A stretch of 64,000 bases of DNA, from contig NIVC01003096.1 in NCBI GenBank assembly GCA_002269645.1, forward strand, positions 55,663 to 119,662, in the 5' to 3' direction. The position numbers and the translations under genes are program-made. Below the pieces are notes generated by a model. The model had not been told where the DNA came from and did no database searches. It was given only the letters and a program-made list of their open reading frames with translations. Shown here piece by piece: positions 1-20,826 of this stretch (its first letter is position 1; each line of letters starts with the position of its first letter). Origin of the DNA: Macrostomum lignano (lineage: Eukaryota).

Positions 1-3000
1 TGTAGGTTTGTAAGTACTCATTTGATTAGATTGGATTGAGGGGATAAATTTGCCTTTCTCAGTGTAGGTTTGTAAGTACTCATTTGATTAGATTGGATTG
101 AGGGGATAAATTTGCCTTTCTCAGTGTAGGTTTGTAAGTACTCATTTGATTAGATTGGATTGAGGGGATAAATTTTCCTTTCTCAGTGTAGGTTTGTAAG
201 TACTCATTTGATTAGATTGGATTGAGGGGATAAATTTCCTTTCTCAGTGTAGGTTTGTAAGTACTCATTTGATTAGATTGGATTGAGGGGATAAATTTGC
301 CTTTCTCAGTGTAGGTTTGTAAGTACTCATTTGATTAGATTGGATTGAGGGGATAAATTTTCCTTTCTCAGTGTAGGTTTGTAAGTACTCATTTGATTAG
401 ATTGGATTGAGGGGATAAATTTGCCTTTCTCAGTGTAGGTTTGTAAGTACTCATTTGATTAGATTGGATTGAGGGGATAAATTTGCCTTTCTCAGTGTAG
501 GTTTGTAAGTACTCATTTGATTAGATTGGATTGAGGGGATAAATTTCCTTTCTCAGTGTAGGTTTGTAAGTACTCATTTGATTAGATTGGATTGAGGGGA
601 TAAATTTGCCTTTCTCAGTGTAGGTTTGTAAGTACTCATTTGATTAGATTGGATTGAGGGGATAAATTTGCCTTTCTCAGTGTAGGTTTGTAAGTACTCA
701 TTTGATTAGATTGGATTGAGGGGATAAATTTGCCTTTCTCAGTGTAGGTTTGTAAGTACTCATTTGATTAGATTGGATTGAGGGGATAAATTTTCCTTTC
801 TCAGTGTAGGTTTGTAAGTACTCATTTGATTAGATTGGATTGAGGGGATAAATTTTCCTTTCTCAGTGTAGGTTTGTAAGTACTCATTTGATTAGATTGG
901 ATTGAGGGGATAAATTTGCCTTTCTCAGTGTAGGTTTGTAAGTACTCATTTGATTAGATTGGATTGAGGGGATAAATTTGCCTTTCTCAGTGTAGGTTTG
1001 TAAGTACTCATTTGATTAGATTGGATTGAGGGGATAAATTTTCCTTTCTCAGTGTAGGTTTGTAAGTACTCATTTGATTAGATTGGATTGAGGGGATAAA
1101 TTTGCCTTTCTCAGTGTAGGTTTGTAAGTACTCATTTGATTAGATTGGATTGAGGGGATAAATTTGCCTTTCTCAGTGTAGGTTTGTAAGTACTCATTTG
1201 ATTAGATTGGATTGAGGGGATAAATTTTCCTTTCTCAGTGTAGGTTTGTAAGTACTCATTTGATTAGATTGGATTGAGGGGATAAATTTGCCTTTCTCAG
1301 TGTAGGTTTGTAAGTACTCATTTGATTAGATTGGATTGAGGGGATAAATTTGCCTTTCTCAGTGTAGGTTTGTAAGTACTCATTTGATTAGATTGGATTG
1401 AGGGGATAAATTTGCCTTTCTCAGTGTAGGTTTGTAAGTACTCATTTGATTAGATTGGATTGAGGGGATAAATTTGCCTTTCTCAGTGTAGGTTTGTAAG
1501 TACTCATTTGATTAGATTGGATTGAGGGGATAAATTTTCCTTTCTCAGTGTAGGTTTGTAAGTACTCATTTGATTAGATTGGATTGAGGGGATAAATTTT
1601 CCTTTCTCAGTGTAGGTTTGTAAGTACTCATTTGATTAGATTGGATTGAGGGGATAAATTTGCCTTTCTCAGTGTAGGTTTGTAAGTACTCATTTGATTA
1701 GATTGGATTGAGGGGATAAATTTTCCTTTCTCAGTGTAGGTTTGTAAGTACTCATTTGATTAGATTGGATTGAGGGGATAAATTTGCCTTTCTCAGTGTA
1801 GGTTTGTAAGTACTCATTTGATTAGATTGGATTGAGGGGATAAATTTGCCTTTCTCAGTGTAGGTTTGTAAGTACTCATTTGATTAGATTGGATTGAGGG
1901 GATAAATTTGCCTTTCTCAGTGTAGGTTTGTAAGTACTCATTTGATTAGATTGGATTGAGGGGATAAATTTGCCTTTCTCAGTGTAGGTTTGTAAGTACT
2001 CATTTGATTAGATTGGATTGAGGGGATAAATTTGCCTTTCTCAGTGTAGGTTTGTAAGTACTCATTTGATTAGATTGGATTGAGGGGATAAATTTTCCTT
2101 TCTCAGTGTAGGTTTGTAAGTACTCATTTGATTAGATTGGATTGAGGGGATAAATTTGCCTTTCTCAGTGTAGGTTTGTAAGTACTCATTTGATTAGATT
2201 GGATTGAGGGGATAAATTTGCCTTTCTCAGTGTAGGTTTGTAAGTACTCATTTGATTAGATTGGATTGAGGGGATAAATTTGCCTTTCTCAGTGTAGGTT
2301 TGTAAGTACTCATTTGATTAGATTGGATTGAGGGGATAAATTTTCCTTTCTCAGTGTAGGTTTGTAAGTACTCATTTGATTAGATTGGATTGAGGGGATA
2401 AATTTGCCTTTCTCAGTGTAGGTTTGTAAGTACTCATTTGATTAGATTGGATTGAGGGGATAAATTTGCCTTTCTCAGTGTAGGTTTGTAAGTACTCATT
2501 TGATTAGATTGGATTGAGGGGATAAATTTGCCTTTCTCAGTGTAGGTTTGTAAGTACTCATTTGATTAGATTGGATTGAGGGGATAAATTTGCCTTTCTC
2601 AGTGTAGGTTTGTAAGTACTCATTTGATTAGATTGGATTGAGGGGATAAATTTGCCTTTCTCAGTGTAGGTTTGTAAGTACTCATTTGATTAGATTGGAT
2701 TGAGGGGATAAATTTGCCTTTCTCAGTGTAGGTTTGTAAGTACTCATTTGATTAGATTGGATTGAGGGGATAAATTTGCCTTTCTCAGTGTAGGTTTGTA
2801 AGTACTCATTTGATTAGATTGGATTGAGGGGATAAATTTTCCTTTCTCAGTGTAGGTTTGTAAGTACTCATTTGATTAGATTGGATTGAGGGGATAAATT
2901 TGCCTTTCTCAGTGTAGGTTTGTAAGTACTCATTTGATTAGATTGGATTGAGGGGATAAATTTGCCTTTCTCAGTGTAGGTTTGTAAGTACTCATTTGAT

Positions 3001-6000
3001 TAGATTGGATTGAGGGGATAAATTTGCCTTTCTCAGTGTAGGTTTGTAAGTACTCATTTGATTAGATTGGATTGAGGGGATAAATTTGCCTTTCTCAGTG
3101 TAGGTTTGTAAGTACTCATTTGATTAGATTGGATTGAGGGGATAAATTTGCCTTTCTCAGTGTAGGTTTGTAAGTACTCATTTGATTAGATTGGATTGAG
3201 GGGATAAATTTTCCTTTCTCAGTGTAGGTTTGTAAGTACTCATTTGATTAGATTGGATTGAGGGGATAAATTTTCCTTTCTCAGTGTAGGTTTGTAAGTA
3301 CTCATTTGATTAGATTGGATTGAGGGGATAAATTTTCCTTTCTCAGTGTAGGTTTGTAAGTACTCATTTGATTAGATTGGATTGAGGGGATAAATTTGCC
3401 TTTCTCAGTGTAGGTTTGTAAGTACTCATTTGATTAGATTGGATTGAGGGGATAAATTTGCCTTTCTCAGTGTAGGTTTGTAAGTACTCATTTGATTAGA
3501 TTGGATTGAGGGGATAAATTTGCCTTTCTCAGTGTAGGTTTGTAAGTACTCATTTGATTAGATTGGATTGAGGGGATAAATTTGCCTTTCTCAGTGTAGG
3601 TTTGTAAGTACTCATTTGATTAGATTGGATTGAGGGGATAAATTTTCCTTTCTCAGTGTAGGTTTGTAAGTACTCATTTGATTAGATTGGATTGAGGGGA
3701 TAAATTTGCCTTTCTCAGTGTAGGTTTGTAAGTACTCATTTGATTAGATTGGATTGAGGGGATAAATTTGCCTTTCTCAGTGTAGGTTTGTAAGTACTCA
3801 TTTGATTAGATTGGATTGAGGGGATAAATTTGCCTTTCTCAGTGTAGGTTTGTAAGTACTCATTTGATTAGATTGGATTGAGGGGATAAATTTGCCTTTC
3901 TCAGTGTAGGTTTGTAAGTACTCATTTGATTAGATTGGATTGAGGGGATAAATTTGCCTTTCTCAGTGTAGGTTTGTAAGTACTCATTTGATTAGATTGG
4001 ATTGAGGGGATAAATTTGCCTTTCTCAGTGTAGGTTTGTAAGTACTCATTTGATTAGATTGGATTGAGGGGATAAATTTGCCTTTCTCAGTGTAGGTTTG
4101 TAAGTACTCATTTGATTAGATTGGATTGAGGGGATAAATTTGCCTTTCTCAGTGTAGGTTTGTAAGTACTCATTTGATTAGATTGGATTGAGGGGATAAA
4201 TTTGCCTTTCTCAGTGTAGGTTTGTAAGTACTCATTTGATTAGATTGGATTGAGGGGATAAATTTGCCTTTCTCAGTGTAGGTTTGTAAGTACTCATTTG
4301 ATTAGATTGGATTGAGGGGATAAATTTGCCTTTCTCAGTGTAGGTTTGTAAGTACTCATTTGATTAGATTGGATTGAGGGGATAAATTTGCCTTTCTCAG
4401 TGTAGGTTTGTAAGTACTCATTTGATTAGATTGGATTGAGGGGATAAATTTGCCTTTCTCAGTGTAGGTTTGTAAGTACTCATTTGATTAGATTGGATTG
4501 AGGGGATAAATTTGCCTTTCTCAGTGTAGGTTTGTAAGTACTCATTTGATTAGATTGGATTGAGGGGATAAATTTGCCTTTCTCAGTGTAGGTTTGTAAG
4601 TACTCATTTGATTAGATTGGATTGAGGGGATAAATTTTCCTTTCTCAGTGTAGGTTTGTAAGTACTCATTTGATTAGATTGGATTGAGGGGATAAATTTT
4701 CCTTTCTCAGTGTAGGTTTGTAAGTACTCATTTGATTAGATTGGATTGAGGGGATAAATTTGCCTTTCTCAGTGTAGGTTTGTAAGTACTCATTTGATTA
4801 GATTGGATTGAGGGGATAAATTTGCCTTTCTCAGTGTAGGTTTGTAAGTACTCATTTGATTAGATTGGATTGAGGGGATAAATTTGCCTTTCTCAGTGTA
4901 GGTTTGTAAGTACTCATTTGATTAGATTGGATTGAGGGGATAAATTTGCCTTTCTCAGTGTAGGTTTGTAAGTACTCATTTGATTAGATTGGATTGAGGG
5001 GATAAATTTGCCTTTCTCAGTGTAGGTTTGTAAGTACTCATTTGATTAGATTGGATTGAGGGGATAAATTTGCCTTTCTCAGTGTAGGTTTGTAAGTACT
5101 CATTTGATTAGATTGGATTGAGGGGATAAATTTGCCTTTCTCAGTGTAGGTTTGTAAGTACTCATTTGATTAGATTGGATTGAGGGGATAAATTTTCCTT
5201 TCTCAGTGTAGGTTTGTAAGTACTCATTTGATTAGATTGGATTGAGGGGATAAATTTTCCTTTCTCAGTGTAGGTTTGTAAGTACTCATTTGATTAGATT
5301 GGATTGAGGGGATAAATTTGCCTTTCTCAGTGTAGGTTTGTAAGTACTCATTTGATTAGATTGGATTGAGGGGATAAATTTGCCTTTCTCAGTGTAGGTT
5401 TGTAAGTACTCATTTGATTAGATTGGATTGAGGGGATAAATTTGCCTTTCTCAGTGTAGGTTTGTAAGTACTCATTTGATTAGATTGGATTGAGGGGATA
5501 AATTTGCCTTTCTCAGTGTAGGTTTGTAAGTACTCATTTGATTAGATTGGATTGAGGGGATAAATTTGCCTTTCTCAGTGTAGGTTTGTAAGTACTCATT
5601 TGATTAGATTGGATTGAGGGGATAAATTTGCCTTTCTCAGTGTAGGTTTGTAAGTACTCATTTGATTAGATTGGATTGAGGGGATAAATTTTCCTTTCTC
5701 AGTGTAGGTTTGTAAGTACTCATTTGATTAGATTGGATTGAGGGGATAAATTTTCCTTTCTCAGTGTAGGTTTGTAAGTACTCATTTGATTAGATTGGAT
5801 TGAGGGGATAAATTTTCCTTTCTCAGTGTAGGTTTGTAAGTACTCATTTGATTAGATTGGATTGAGGGGATAAATTTTCCTTTCTCAGTGTAGGTTTGTA
5901 AGTACTCATTTGATTAGATTGGATTGAGGGGATAAATTTTCCTTTCTCAGTGTAGGTTTGTAAGTACTCATTTGATTAGATTGGATTGAGGGGATAAATT

Positions 6001-7790
6001 TGCCTTTCTCAGTGTAGGTTTGTAAGTACTCATTTGATTAGATTGGATTGAGGGGATAAATTTGCCTTTCTCAGTGTAGGTTTGTAAGTACTCATTTGAT
6101 TAGATTGGATTGAGGGGATAAATTTGCCTTTCTCAGTGTAGGTTTGTAAGTACTCATTTGATTAGATTGGATTGAGGGGATAAATTTGCCTTTCTCAGTG
6201 TAGGTTTGTAAGTACTCATTTGATTAGATTGGATTGAGGGGATAAATTTGCCTTTCTCAGTGTAGGTTTGTAAGTACTCATTTGATTAGATTGGATTGAG
6301 GGGATAAATTTGCCTTTCTCAGTGTAGGTTTGTAAGTACTCATTTGATTAGATTGGATTGAGGGGATAAATTTGCCTTTCTCAGTGTAGGTTTGTAAGTA
6401 CTCATTTGATTAGATTGGATTGAGGGGATAAATTTGCCTTTCTCAGTGTAGGTTTGTAAGTACTCATTTGATTAGATTGGATTGAGGGGATAAATTTGCC
6501 TTTCTCAGTGTAGGTTTGTAAGTACTCATTTGATTAGATTGGATTGAGGGGATAAATTTGCCTTTCTCAGTGTAGGTTTGTAAGTACTCATTTGATTAGA
6601 TTGGATTGAGGGGATAAATTTTCCTTTCTCAGTGTAGGTTTGTAAGTACTCATTTGATTAGATTGGATTGAGGGGATAAATTTTCCTTTCTCAGTGTAGG
6701 TTTGTAAGTACTCATTTGATTAGATTGGATTGAGGGGATAAATTTGCCTTTCTCAGTGTAGGTTTGTAAGTACTCATTTGATTAGATTGGATTGAGGGGA
6801 TAAATTTTCCTTTCTCAGTGTAGGTTTGTAAGTACTCATTTGATTAGATTGGATTGAGGGGATAAATTTGCCTTTCTCAGTGTAGGTTTGTAAGTACTCA
6901 TTTGATTAGATTGGATTGAGGGGATAAATTTGCCTTTCTCAGTGTAGGTTTGTAAGTACTCATTTGATTAGATTGGATTGAGGGGATAAATTTGCCTTTC
7001 TCAGTGTAGGTTTGTAAGTACTCATTTGATTAGATTGGATTGAGGGGATAAATTTTCCTTTCTCAGTGTAGGTTTGTAAGTACTCATTTGATTAGATTGG
7101 ATTGAGGGGATAAATTTTCCTTTCTCAGTGTAGGTTTGTAAGTACTCATTTGATTAGATTGGATTGAGGGGATAAATTTTCCTTTCTCAGTGTAGGTTTG
7201 TAAGTACTCATTTGATTAGATTGGATTGAGGGGATAAATTTTCCTTTCTCAGTGTAGGTTTGTAAGTACTCATTTGATTAGATTGGATTGAGGGGATAAA
7301 TTTTCCTTTCTCAGTGTAGGTTTGTAAGTACTCATTTGATTAGATTGGATTGAGGGGATAAATTTTCCTTTCTCAGTGTAGGTTTGTAAGTACTCATTTG
7401 ATTAGATTGGATTGAGGGGATAAATTTTCCTTTCTCAGTGTAGGTTTGTAAGTACTCATTTGATTAGATTGGATTGAGGGGATAAATTTTCCTTTCTCAG
7501 TGTAGGTTTGTAAGTACTCATTTGATTAGATTGGATTGAGGGGATAAATTTTCCTTTCTCAGTGTAGGTTTGTAAGTACTCATTTGATTAGATTGGATTG
7601 AGGGGATAAATTTTCCTTTCTCAGTGTAGGTTTGTAAGTACTCATTTGATTAGATTGGATTGAGGGGATAAATTTTCCTTTCTCAGTGTAGGTTTGTAAG
7701 TACTCATTTGATTAGATTGGATTGAGGGGATAAATTTGCCTTCTCAGTGTAGGTTTGTAAGTACTCATTTTAGGTTTTTGTAAGTACTCA
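1..7790. repeat. 62-bp satellite array, ~125 copies, runs off the left edge of the window
   Basis: Unit tgtaggtttgtaagtactcatttgattagattggattgaggggataaattt(g/t)cctttctcag. It is near-identical throughout apart from one G/T dimorphic site and rare 1-nt deletions, and decays at ~7740-7800. Confidence 0.98.
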
Positions 7791-8009
7791 TTTGTAGGAT
7801 TTTGAACTTATTTCAATCAAGTCTATTGCTTATGTTATAAAAGTAACAATATATATTTCTAGCTAAAAGGATTATACGATTAAAAAGCCTTGGGAATATT
7901 GAAACTTATGGGTTATATACCTAACAATATATTATACCTTTTGAATGCTAAAAGTATTTTAGTTTAGTTGGGAATAATGCTATTTTTAATCCAACAGATT
8001 TCAATTTGA

Positions 8010-12942
<4,933 letters not shown>

Positions 12943-13324
12943 AGTCCCGGACTCGATAGCCAGTTTCCCTCGCGGTTGTCGGCGCACGGAGGATGCGCTC
13001 GCTTTTCGATTTTTTATGTCCCACATTTCACTTCATTTTTTCCCATCCAGCCCATGCGTGGATCGCAGAGTTCAGCGTGATTCCTGAGTTGCATTGCCCA
13101 TCCACTCTTGCATTGCTGGCCAGTCTGTGTGCCCTCTCATTACATGGCCTTTTTAACACTTGCAGTCTGCGTAGCCGCCTCGCTATTTTTTATGCTTTGT
13201 CTCGCCTCCGCTTATTGCTATTTTTTACTTCATCAGGCCGGCTTGTTTTGTGTTCCCCCGGTTTCTGGCTGCCGGAGTGCCCAGGTCATGCGGTCAAGTT
13301 GTTATCTGTTAGGACCGCGAGTTA

Positions 13325-13962
13325 TCATGACCCCCAGCATGCCCCCCTATGACCGTGAGATATGACCCCAGTATGCACCCCACTATGACCGTGAGATATG
13401 ACCCCCAGCATGCACCCCACTTTGACCATTAGCTATGACCCCCAGTCAGATCATGAGCTATGACCCCCAGTCAGATCATGAGCTATGACCCCCAGTCAGA
13501 TCATGAGCTATGACCTCCAGTCATAGCTGTAGTGTACGCCCCCTCTATGCCTTCACGCTTTTCTCTGACTAGCTTTCGCCCTCTTGTCCAACGTGCACTA
13601 GCACTGGCCCCGTCAACCATTGCGTAACACTGTAGCCGCACGTCGGCAGTGAGTTGATATAATAGCTCAAATATACGGTCCACGAGACCAGGTTTTTCGC
13701 CACACACAAGCGCACTACAACCTCCAGTCAGATCATGAGCTATGACCTCCAGTCAGATCATGAGCTATGACCTCCAGTCAGATCATGAGCTATGACCTCC
13801 AGTCAGATCATGAGCTATGACCTCCAGTCAGATCCTGAGCTATGACCTCCAGTCAGATCATGAGCTATGACCTCCAGTCAGATCCTGAGCTATGACCTCC
13901 AGTCAGATCATGAGCTATGACCTCCAGTCAGATCATGAGCTATGACCTCCAGTCAGTTCATG
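13325..13962. repeat. 25-bp minisatellite interrupted by ~200 bp of unique sequence (13524-13720)
   Basis: Unit cagtcagatcatgagctatgacctc. Confidence 0.9.
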
Positions 13963-14602
13963 AGCTGTGTTTAGATAAGCCACTAGTTCGCCATGACTTC
14001 AAAGTCCAGCCTGCTCGTGTTTGCTGCTCTGCAGTTGCAGGGCTGGCACGCGAGTTCCGAGTATTCGGAATGTCCGGAGCCAGTCCTCGTGAGGCACCCC
14101 TCTCATCTGTTTCTGTAAAACATGTTCTGTCGGCATTTTATTTGTTTCCTCCCAGATTATTTCGTAGCATCTTTATAGTTTTGTTTGATTTTTTAAGCTC
14201 TTGATGAAGCGCAAAATGCGAATGTTTATTGTTGTTGATTTTATTATATCATAATTATAACGCTTATTATATTAATTCAATAAGTCAGGCATACACTACA
14301 GGCAAAATCGCGTCCTAAATTATCTCCAACAAGTGTGCTATCTGACTCTTGGACTTCTTTCATTTCTAAACAAGTTGCCAATGATAAGTCACGTGCAATA
14401 TTGAGCTGCCGATATGTATGGAAAGTAGTTGTGAAAGCGCATTGTTGCGTAATACATAATGCGTGTAATTCCAAAATTGACCTACGTTTTAACCAGACAA
14501 AATCTCGATACGATTTTTAAAGAATTCCTAAACTGTATAAAAAACTTTATATAATAAAAAGTTTATAGACTTTTATCTAAGCACGTTGAACTCAAAAGGT
14601 TG

Positions 14603-14675
14603 TGGAGTACCAGGGCATCGATCCCTGTACCTCTCGCATGCTAAGCGAGCGCTCTACCATTTGAGCTAGTACCCC
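14603..14675 (-). tRNA. tRNA-Ala(AGC): tRNA-Ala (AGC)
   Basis: Reverse complement GGGGTACTAGCTCAAATGGTAGAGCGCTCGCTTAGCATGCGAGAGGTACAGGGATCGATGCCCTGGTACTCCA. It has a full 7-bp acceptor stem with the G3:U70 Ala identity pair, anticodon arm CTCGC-TTAGCAT-GCGAG, and the eukaryotic Ala-type ATCG T-loop. Confidence 0.95.
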
Positions 14676-15230
14676 TTATCTCTCGGCCGTGGCAGAGGTC
14701 ATATAAATACATTAAACAAGACCGAATTAAAGCCAGACGTCGCTTGTAAATCAATCAGAACGAATGTTTAGAACTTTTTATATTTTTGGATTGTATCTTC
14801 AGCTACTTTAATAGGTAATCAAGTTTCGACGTCTATGCAATCTACCATTGTTTAATATTGGCGTATAAATGCTTTATTACAGTAAACTCCTGGTCCTGGC
14901 TATCTCCTATCGATTCGTAGTGTTCAAACCTTAACATACTTATTCAGTGGTATTAAACTTTTAGAATGGTAAATTTAAAATAAAATTTTTTCAAGAAAAC
15001 TTTTAATTGAAGACGAAGTCGATGCAGTGGTAAAAATTAGAAAAATATGTTGCATACTGTCAGTAGGCATATTAGCACTTTTTGTCTAAATTAGTAAAAG
15101 GTAAACTGCAAATTTCTAAATTTGGCCATCCACTCGTTCATGCTGATTTCGCTCAGCATTTTACCAAATATGGAAATTGCTCACCGTTGCCGTTATCCAT
15201 AAATGGAAAATCTCCCATTGTCCAGCTGCG

Positions 15231-16650
15231 ATGCGGAATACAAAAGTAGAATACATCTTCAACTCTGGGAGATCGCAGAACTCCCATCATCGATTGCTCG
15301 CCATCATGCAGTTCGCCAAGCGATACCCGTTCGAGGTGTCTTTCAAAGTGGCCAAGCTGCAGGGCGATGCGGTCAGCCGCAACCTGAGCCCCGACTCGGC
15401 GGCCGAGTGCCACCTGCGGCTGCGCCCCGGCCCGCCACCGCAGTCGGGGCACTGCGAGATCTACCTGGTTTGCAAGTGCGGAGAACGCAGCAGCTTCGCC
15501 TACGTGGAGGCGCACCTGGCCCAGTCGGCAGCGCAGGTGGCCGACTCTGACGGCGGCCTCCTGCTGGGCGGTCTCGTGCAGAGATTCGACTCCGGGACCA
15601 CGGAGCGGCTACTGGGCCGGATCGCCCTGCCCACCATCGGCCGCAACGCCCGCTACCTGGCCGCCAACCTGCGCCTCACGGGCCACCTGCTGGTGGAGGA
15701 CGGCTGCGGTCCGGATGCCTTCGCGCCAGACGAAATCAGCGACGTCCGGCTGCTGGTGGAGGGCCGGGAGCTGCACCTGCACCGCGGCCTGCTCGCCAAG
15801 ACATCGCCAGTGTTCCGCGCCATGCTGCTCGGCTGCTTTCGCGAGGGCCAGCAGCAGCAGGAGGCGATCGAGCTGCCGGGTAAGAGCCTCAGCCAGTTCG
15901 TGGAGCTGCTGGCCACCGTCTACCCGCCCCAGCTGGAGATGCACAGCGGCAGGTGAGGGGACAGCATTTGCTTATTCTTTGTTCTACTATCAGTAGCTGC
16001 AGAGAGCAGTCAATCAAAAATTTACGACTCTAGAATTTATAGCAATAAACACGTGATTGAACAATCCAGAGCTCGACACCTGCTGCCGTTGCTGGCTGAG
16101 TACCAGATGGTTCACCTGCTGGACCGCTGCGAGCGGGCGTTGCTGCAGTCGCCGGTGTACACTCTGCCCGACGGCTGCGGCTTTCGGGACCTCTCTGGAG
16201 AAGACGCGGCAGACATCGGGGTGAGTGACCGAATCTCCTATCTCCACTCCCATTATGCATGTACTTGCTGGCTCTCATCCTGAAAAGTACATCTTAAATG
16301 TACTTTAAATTTGAGTACCATTGATCTCGGCTTCCCGCTCTACTCAGCTGAGACTTCCATCTCCGCCATTAATGCAGCCGAATCTGCCTGAAGCGTGGAT
16401 GGAGGAGCTGCTGGAGCATGCCTGCTTGGCCACGGTGTACCAGCTGCGGGAGCTGCAGGACCAGGCGGTGTCGCTGCTGGCCAGCATCCAGCTGACCGCC
16501 GCCAGCCAGTCAACGCTGAAGGAACATCTGCCAGACGAGATTCTCTGCCGGATCTTCGCCCGCCGGGTGAGCTTGCTGGAGGGCAAGATCGGCCGGCTAA
16601 GCGAGGAGCTGGAGCGGTACCGCAGCCAGCTGGCGGAGTCCGAGGGCTGA
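15231..16650 (+). CDS. BTB/POZ domain protein with a probable divergent MATH-like N-terminus (SPOP-like architecture), 3 exons
   Basis: Exons ~15231-15952, ~16043-16220 and 16378 (or 16348)-16650. BTB motif SDVRLLVEGRELHLHRGLLAKTSPVFRAMLLGCFREG...FVELLATVYP...LLPLLAEYQMVHLLDRCE, with a C-terminal short coiled coil. The start codon and the exon 2 and 3 acceptors are uncertain, and the MATH call rests on pattern only. Confidence 0.8.
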
Positions 16651-16929
16651 GCGAGTTGCACCAGACCCAACATTGGTGTACATGTACTAGCATGGCGGAC
16701 ACTAACCAATTTGTGTAAATGTACTTAAAGGAAGACTCAGTTTTGAATGCTTCCTTTATGATTTGAATGATTTTGAATGATTATGATTTTGAATGCTACA
16801 TGTACGACTGTGCATGAGCTACTCACTCATCAGGCTGAGCAATGCGGCATTGTTAACTGAGCCATTGTGGCAGCGTTCGGTTGCGGGACAAAGGAGAGGC
16901 AGAGACACTTTAAGCAGAGTAAAGAATGG

Positions 16930-17168
16930 AACAGAGTAAAGAGTGGTGAATGGAGGGTGGTGAATGGAGGGTGGTGAATGGAGGGTATTGAGTGGAAGGT
17001 ATTAAATGGAAGGTATTGAATGGAGGGGTGCATGGAGGGTGGTGAATGGAGGGTGTTAATGAAGGGTGGTGAATGGAGGGTGTTAATGAAGGGTGGTGAA
17101 TGGAGGGTGTTAATGAAGGGTGGTGAATGGAAGGTGGTGAATGGAGGGTGTTAATGAAGGGTGGTGAA
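16930..17168. repeat. Purine-rich degenerate minisatellite (gaatggagggtggt-like)
   Basis: Direct inspection. Confidence 0.85.
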
Positions 17169-17639
17169 GCGAGTATGGTGAAGGGAGGGTGGAGATGTCT
17201 GAGGCTGCATAGATACAGAGCTCATATTGCATAAGCAGACTGAGATGTCGAACAGCAAAACCAAGGAAAGAACTCAGAATCGGGATTAATTCGCTTAAAT
17301 ACCGCCGACGCAGCGACAAGCACTCGGAGAAAGCCGCATCGAGCCCGAGCCCTGTGGTCGGTGGTTCGATTCCTTGTGCCATTCAGCTGTCTTAGTTTGG
17401 TCCCAGCCCCCATCCTTGAAATTAGAATTTCAGGCAAAGTGCGGAAAGCAGAAGAAAATGATGCACTGGGCAAGTGGCAAAATATTATTCTGACAGCATT
17501 ATCTGCGCGATTAAAAACAAAAAAAGAAAATTTGGAGTTGCGCCGGCCATGGCAGACAATTTAAATAACAGACAATGCCAGAATGAGTAAAACAAAACTA
17601 ATGATGGATTGCTCAAAGTGGAAGCGTGATTGCGGCAAG

Positions 17640-18179
17640 TACCAGATTACTGCAATCGAGTCCCAGATTACTGCAATCGAGTCCCAGATTACTGCAATCT
17701 AATCACACGTTTACTCTAACTCGGTCCCAGGCTACTGCAATATAATAAAACTTTACTGCAACCGAGTCCCAGATTTACTGCAACCAGATGCCAGACCACT
17801 GCTACTCAGTCCCAGACCACTGCTACTCAGTCCCAGACCACTGCTACTCAGTCCCAGACCACTGCTACTCAGTCCCAGACCACTGCTACTCAGTCCCAGA
17901 CCACTGCTACTCAGTCCCAGACCACTGCTACTCAGTCCCAGACCACTGCTACTCAGTCCCAGACCACTGCTACTCAGTCCCAGACCACTGCTACTCAGTC
18001 CCAGACCACTGCTACTCAGTCCCAGACCACTGCTACTCAGTCCCAGACCACTGCTACTCAGTCCCAGACCACTGCTACTCAGTCCCAGACCACTGCTACT
18101 CAGTCCCAGACCACTGCTACTCAGTCCCAGACCACTGCTACTCAGTCCCAGACCACTGCTACTCAGTCCCAGACCACTG

Positions 18180-18192
<13 letters not shown>
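17640..18192. repeat. 21-bp minisatellite, ~19 near-perfect copies plus degenerate precursors
   Basis: Unit cagtcccagaccactgctact. The last copy contains the TAG stop of the minus-strand orphan gene. Confidence 0.95.

Positions 18193-20826
<2,634 letters not shown>

Noticed and set aside
1-7790. Satellite or minisatellites considered as CRISPR-like arrays
   Set aside because: Units are contiguous with no unique spacers, the context is eukaryotic, and no cas genes are present
13524-13722. 200-bp insert in the 25-bp array with tgtagtg/cactaca ends
   Set aside because: The inverted match is only ~7-9 bp, its orientation is opposite to CACTA termini, and there is no clear TSD
17330-17392. tRNA B-box-like GGTTCGATTCC (also near 10222 and 25590)
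   Set aside because: No A-box, cloverleaf or acceptor stem could be built; at most a SINE or tRNA relic
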